NCBI GenBank assembly: GCA_963736115.1
Contig: CAVTNR010000008.1
Coordinates: forward strand, 32,001 to 96,000
Direction: 5' to 3'
Length of the DNA: 64,000 nt
Source: an uncultured bacterium
GTDB lineage: Bacteria; Zhuqueibacterota; QNDG01; DTFT01
Notes under the pieces: model-generated
The model's input: the letters and a program-made list of their open reading frames with translations, nothing else
Database searches by the model: none
What the model was told of the DNA's origin: nothing
Made by a program: the position numbers and the translations under genes
Shown here: piece after piece, positions 60,121 to 64,000 of the stretch
Layout: the number at the start of each line of letters is the position of its first letter
Position numbering within the stretch: position 1 is the stretch's first letter

Positions 60121-61389
60121 ATGTCCCTTGAAGCGGACGCCCTGAAGTACCACGCCGAGCCGAAGCCCGGCAAGCTGGAAGTCGTATCGACCAAGCCCTG
60201 CGAGACCCAGGCCGACCTGTCCCTCGCGTACACGCCGGGCGTGGCCGTTCCGTGCCTGGAAATCGAGAAGAACCCGGCCGACGCGTTCCGGTACACCAAC
60301 CGGGGCAATCTCGTGGCCGTGATTTCCAACGGCACGGCCGTGCTCGGACTCGGCGACATCGGCGCGCTCGCGGGAAAGCCGGTCATGGAGGGCAAAGCCG
60401 TCCTGTTCAAGCGTTTCGCGGGCATCGACGTTTTTGACCTGGAGATCGACACGCGCGACCCGGAACTGGTCATCCAAACCGTGAAACTGCTCGAGCCGAC
60501 TTTCGGCGGCATCAATCTCGAGGACATCAAGGCCCCGGAATGCTTCGTCATCGAGGAGCGGCTCAAGGCCGAGATGAAGATACCGGTTTTCCACGACGAC
60601 CAGCACGGCACCGCGATCATCGCCGGCGCGGCGCTTCTGAATGCGCTGGAAATCGCAGGAAAGTCCCCGGCCGACGCGGCCGTGACGTTCAGCGGCTCGG
60701 GCGCGTCCGGCATCGCGGTGGCCAACATGTTCATCCGGCTGGGCGTGAAGCGGGAGCGCATCCTGTTCACGGACAGCAAGGGCGTGGTGTTCAAGGGCCG
60801 GACCGAGGGAATGAACAAATACAAGGCCGCCTTCAGCCGGGACACGCGGAAGCGCACGCTCGCGGAGGCCATGGAGGGCGCGGATGTGTTTGTGGGCGTT
60901 TCCGCGGCCGGTCTGGTGACGCCGGACATGGTCCGCTCCATGAATCGCAATCCCGTGGTCTTCGCCCTGGCCAACCCGGACCCGGAAATCCGGTATACGG
61001 AAGCCAAAGCGGCCAGGCCGGACGTGATCGTGGCCACGGGACGGTCCGACACTCCCAACCAGGTGAACAACGTACTCGGATTCCCGTTCATCTTCAGGGG
61101 CGCGCTGGACGTCCGGGCCACGGCCATCAACGAGGAAATGAAGGTCGCGGCGGTCCGCGCACTCGCGGCTTTGGCGAGGGAGCCCGTCCCTGAGTTGGTC
61201 TCCAAGGCTTACGGGGGGAGTCGGTTCTCGTTCGGACCCGACTACCTGATCCCGAAACCGTTCGATCCGCGCGTGCTTGTATGGGAGGCGTCCGCGGTCG
61301 CGGAAGCGGCCATGCGTTCCGGCGTGGCGCAGATCCCGGTGGACATGCAGGAATACCGAAAACGGCTGGGGAAGATGATCGGGGAGTAA
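60121..61389 (+). CDS. NAD(P)-dependent malic enzyme (MaeB-type, without PTA domain)
   Basis: [55 protein letters not shown]. Confidence 0.95.
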   Translation: MSLEADALKYHAEPKPGKLEVVSTKPCETQADLSLAYTPGVAVPCLEIEKNPADAFRYTNRGNLVAVISNGTAVLGLGDIGALAGKPVMEGKAVLFKRFAGIDVFDLEIDTRDPELVIQTVKLLEPTFGGINLEDIKAPECFVIEERLKAEMKIPVFHDDQHGTAIIAGAALLNALEIAGKSPADAAVTFSGSGASGIAVANMFIRLGVKRERILFTDSKGVVFKGRTEGMNKYKAAFSRDTRKRTLAEAMEGADVFVGVSAAGLVTPDMVRSMNRNPVVFALANPDPEIRYTEAKAARPDVIVATGRSDTPNQVNNVLGFPFIFRGALDVRATAINEEMKVAAVRALAALAREPVPELVSKAYGGSRFSFGPDYLIPKPFDPRVLVWEASAVAEAAMRSGVAQIPVDMQEYRKRLGKMIGE

Positions 61390-61548
61390 GCGCATAGCGC
61401 ATAGCGCAGAGGGCACAGCGCAAAGGGCAAAGCGGAGTGTCGCCGTGAGTGGGCTTTGCCGGGGCGATCGCCCCTGAAGGGCCTTCGTGCGGTCATTCTG
61501 CGAGCCCGGAACCAAGAATCCGGAACTCGTAACCCGGAGCCCGGAGCG
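61390..61548 (+). repeat. Heptamer tracts (GCGCATA/GGGCAAA)n and (CCGGAAC/CCGGAGC)n
   Basis: gcgcatagcgcatagcgcagagggcacagcgcaaagggcaaagcgg; a related tract lies at 5131-5165. Confidence 0.7.
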
Positions 61549-61592
61549 AATCGCGCGGCTATGATCGATACGCTTGATTCCCATCCCGCCCT

Positions 61593-61623
61593 GGATTCCC
61601 GCTGAAAGATCGCGGGAATGACA
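61593..61623 (-). repeat. Solo copy of the TGTCAT palindrome
   Basis: Reverse complement tgtcattcccgcgatctttcagcgggaatcc (31 bp). Confidence 0.9.
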
Positions 61624-61683
61624 CCACCCCGGGACCCGGGATGCGAAACTTCTGTTTGCATGAACCACGAACCCAGAGCGGCA

Positions 61684-62964
61684 ATGATCTTCGAATATCT
61701 ATACAACAATAACACGCTTTCCGTGAAGGTGGACGACTGCCGCGTGGCGGGCGTGCTGTCTCCGGCCTCGGTGTCCGCGGGAGACGCCCGGTCGATACTC
61801 CGCGAGGCGCTGAAGCATCCCGCAGGCGCCCCCGCGCTGACCGATTTCCTGTCCGGTTCGCTGAACCCGCTGTGCATCGTCAATGACGCGTCCAGGCCCT
61901 CGCCCGTCCCGGCCGTGCTGGGCGCCGCGCCGGAGATTGCCGGGCATCCGAATATGCGGTTTCTCGTCGCGACCGGAACGCATCCGGCGCCGGATGAAGC
62001 CGGGCTGGCCGCGATTTTCGGCCCCCACCTGGACGAAGTCCGCGGCCGCATACGGATTCACGACTGCCGGAAGGACGATGAACTGATCCATATCGGCCGA
62101 ACTCCGGCCGGCACGGAGGTCCGGATCAACCGCGCTGTCGCGGAAGCGGACCGCCTGATCGTGATCGGCGCGGTTGAGCCGCATTATTTCGCGGGTTTCA
62201 CGGGCGGCCGCAAATCCTTTCTGCCGGGATGCGCGGCCTATTCCACGGTCGAGCAGAACCACAGGTTCGCTTTGGATCCGGGTTCGGCCGTACTGGCGCT
62301 GGAGGGGAATCCGGTGCACGAGGACATGGAGGCCGCGGCCGCCCTGATTCCCGGGGAGCGCGTTTTCTCCATACAGGCCGTTTTTGACGGCGAGGACCGC
62401 ATCTGCGCGGCTGAGGCCGGAAGCCTGAGTGCGTCTTTCCGACGCGCCGTCCGAACCGCCGAAACCGTATACGGCGTGCCGGTCCCAGGCCATGCCCCTG
62501 CGGGCATCGTGGTCGCAGTCGTTTCCCCGCCTCTGGACGCGGATCTCTACCAGGCGCACAAGGCGCTCGAAAACGCGAAAGCCGCGCTCCGGCCGGGCGG
62601 CGTCTTCATCCTGGTCGCTTCCTGCAAGAACGGCCTCGGAAACGACGCCTTCGTCCGCCTGCTCCGGTCAGGGAAAGATCCTGAGTCCGTGATCGAAGCG
62701 GTCCGGAAGGAATACAGGCTCGGACATCACAAGTCCGCCAAAATCGCCGAATTCGCGGGCCATTCGCGGCTCTGGGCCGTGACGCGCCTCGATCCCGGCG
62801 TTCTCGAATCGATTTTCATCCGCCCCTTCGGTGATCTGCAGGCCGCGCTCGACGCGGCGTTCCGCGGAGAACCCGAGACTCGGGCGCTGTTCGTCCGATC
62901 GGCGGGGACGGTGGTTCCGGTCTTACGGAACGCCGATCCCGGCGGCCGCCGGGCCGAATATTAA
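61684..62964 (+). CDS. larA: Nickel-pincer-dependent lactate racemase superfamily protein (LarA homolog)
   Basis: ND.SRP, VATGTH, PHYFAGFTGGRKS.LPG, EQNH, GNPVHEDM, DLYQA.KA. Confidence 0.9.
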   Translation: MIFEYLYNNNTLSVKVDDCRVAGVLSPASVSAGDARSILREALKHPAGAPALTDFLSGSLNPLCIVNDASRPSPVPAVLGAAPEIAGHPNMRFLVATGTHPAPDEAGLAAIFGPHLDEVRGRIRIHDCRKDDELIHIGRTPAGTEVRINRAVAEADRLIVIGAVEPHYFAGFTGGRKSFLPGCAAYSTVEQNHRFALDPGSAVLALEGNPVHEDMEAAAALIPGERVFSIQAVFDGEDRICAAEAGSLSASFRRAVRTAETVYGVPVPGHAPAGIVVAVVSPPLDADLYQAHKALENAKAALRPGGVFILVASCKNGLGNDAFVRLLRSGKDPESVIEAVRKEYRLGHHKSAKIAEFAGHSRLWAVTRLDPGVLESIFIRPFGDLQAALDAAFRGEPETRALFVRSAGTVVPVLRNADPGGRRAEY

Positions 62965-62977
62965 TCCGGGGAAGTTC

Positions 62978-64000
62978 ATGAAAATTCTCATCAACAACTG
63001 CGGCAGTTCGTCCGTGAAATTCCAGCTTCTGGACATGTCGAACGAGACGCTGCTCGCCAAGGGACTGATCGAGCGCATCGGATCGAGCGATGCCATCATC
63101 CATTACCAGGGCGGAGACGCCCCGAAACTCCGTGAAGTCCGCGAGGTGCTCGACCACGAGGACGCCATGGAGATCGTGCTTCACCTGCTGATGCACCCCC
63201 AGAACGGCGTGATCCGCAGGCGCGAGGAGATCGTCGGCATCGGGCACCGGGTGGTCCACGGCGGGGAGGCTTTCGTCGATTCGGTCCGCATCGACGAACC
63301 CGTCAGGGCGGCCATCGAGAAGTGCATCCAGTTCGCGCCCCTGCACAATCCGGCCAATCTCAAGGGTATTCAGGCCTGCGAACGCCTGCTGGCCGGCGTG
63401 CCCCAGGTCGCGGTGTTCGACACGGCTTTCCACCACAGCATCCCGCCGCAAGCCTATATTTATGGTCTCCCCTACGCCCTTTACAAGAAGCACGGCATCC
63501 GTCGCTACGGCTTTCATGGCACGTCGCACCGGTACGTGGCGTCCCAGGCCGCCGAGATTCTGGGAAAACCCTCAGAGGCCGTGAACGTGATCACCTGCCA
63601 CCTCGGGAACGGAGCCAGCATCACAGCGGTCCAGGGCGGAAAATCCGTGGATACATCCATGGGCTTCACGCCCCTGGAGGGTCTGATCATGGGCACCCGG
63701 TGCGGAGACATCGATCCCGCGATCATTCCCTACCTGATGGAGCGGGAGAATCTCACGCCCAAGCAGATCGACACCCTGCTCAACAAGAATTCGGGCATGC
63801 TCGGCCTGACGGGAACGTCGAACGACATGCGTGAAATCCTCGCGGATGCGGCGGCCGGCAGCGAACAGCACAAGCTGGCCATCGATGTGTACTGTTACCG
63901 GGTCCGGAAGTATGTGGGCGCCTACCTGGCGGTGCTGGGGCGCATTGATGCCGTCGTGTTCACCGGCGGTGTAGGAGAGAACGCGGCGCCGATTCGTGCG
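62978..64000 (+). CDS. ackA: Acetate kinase (runs off window end)
   Basis: Own translation (not in ORF track): MKILINNCGSSSVKFQL, GHRVVHGG, APLHNPAN, VFDTAFH, YGFHGTSH, CHLGNGAS, TSMGFTPLEG, FTGGVGEN. Confidence 0.96.
   Translation, partial: MKILINNCGSSSVKFQLLDMSNETLLAKGLIERIGSSDAIIHYQGGDAPKLREVREVLDHEDAMEIVLHLLMHPQNGVIRRREEIVGIGHRVVHGGEAFVDSVRIDEPVRAAIEKCIQFAPLHNPANLKGIQACERLLAGVPQVAVFDTAFHHSIPPQAYIYGLPYALYKKHGIRRYGFHGTSHRYVASQAAEILGKPSEAVNVITCHLGNGASITAVQGGKSVDTSMGFTPLEGLIMGTRCGDIDPAIIPYLMERENLTPKQIDTLLNKNSGMLGLTGTSNDMREILADAAAGSEQHKLAIDVYCYRVRKYVGAYLAVLGRIDAVVFTGGVGENAAPIRA

Overview
GC-rich chromosomal window from a diderm bacterium. BatD/E, PorV-like barrels and T9SS-type C-terminal sorting domains suggest an FCB-related lineage such as KSB1/Calditrichota (inference). 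Metabolic and transport content: a large GH13 glycoside hydrolase, two aldehyde dehydrogenases, a FecI/FecR system with two TonB-dependent transducers, an Ehr (hydrogenase-4-like, Ni-ligand-less) operon, T9SS cargo proteins, a maltodextrin-type ABC transporter, a NikR-associated uptake locus, hsp20-lon, and a cDPGS-like/ndk/malic enzyme/larA/ackA cluster. Many genes are broken by single-base indels, probably uncorrected long-read errors. Two items stand out. (1) A three-gene module at 40846-45427 encodes a divergent sigma-like protein, a soluble zinc-finger anti-sigma, and a membrane protein with a cytoplasmic AAA-less Lon protease domain (Ser-Lys dyad apparently intact) fused to an extracytoplasmic FG-GAP beta-propeller; it is a candidate ligand-triggered proteolytic transcription cascade. 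(2) A small GIY-YIG nuclease gene at 9057-9347 is bracketed by arrays (4 + 1 inverted + 11 units) of a 27-31 bp TGTCATCCCC palindrome that also occurs as solo copies across the window, a REP/RAYT-like arrangement with a different enzyme. Several other intergenic repeat families, a candidate regulatory leader RNA and candidate leaderless transcripts are also visible.
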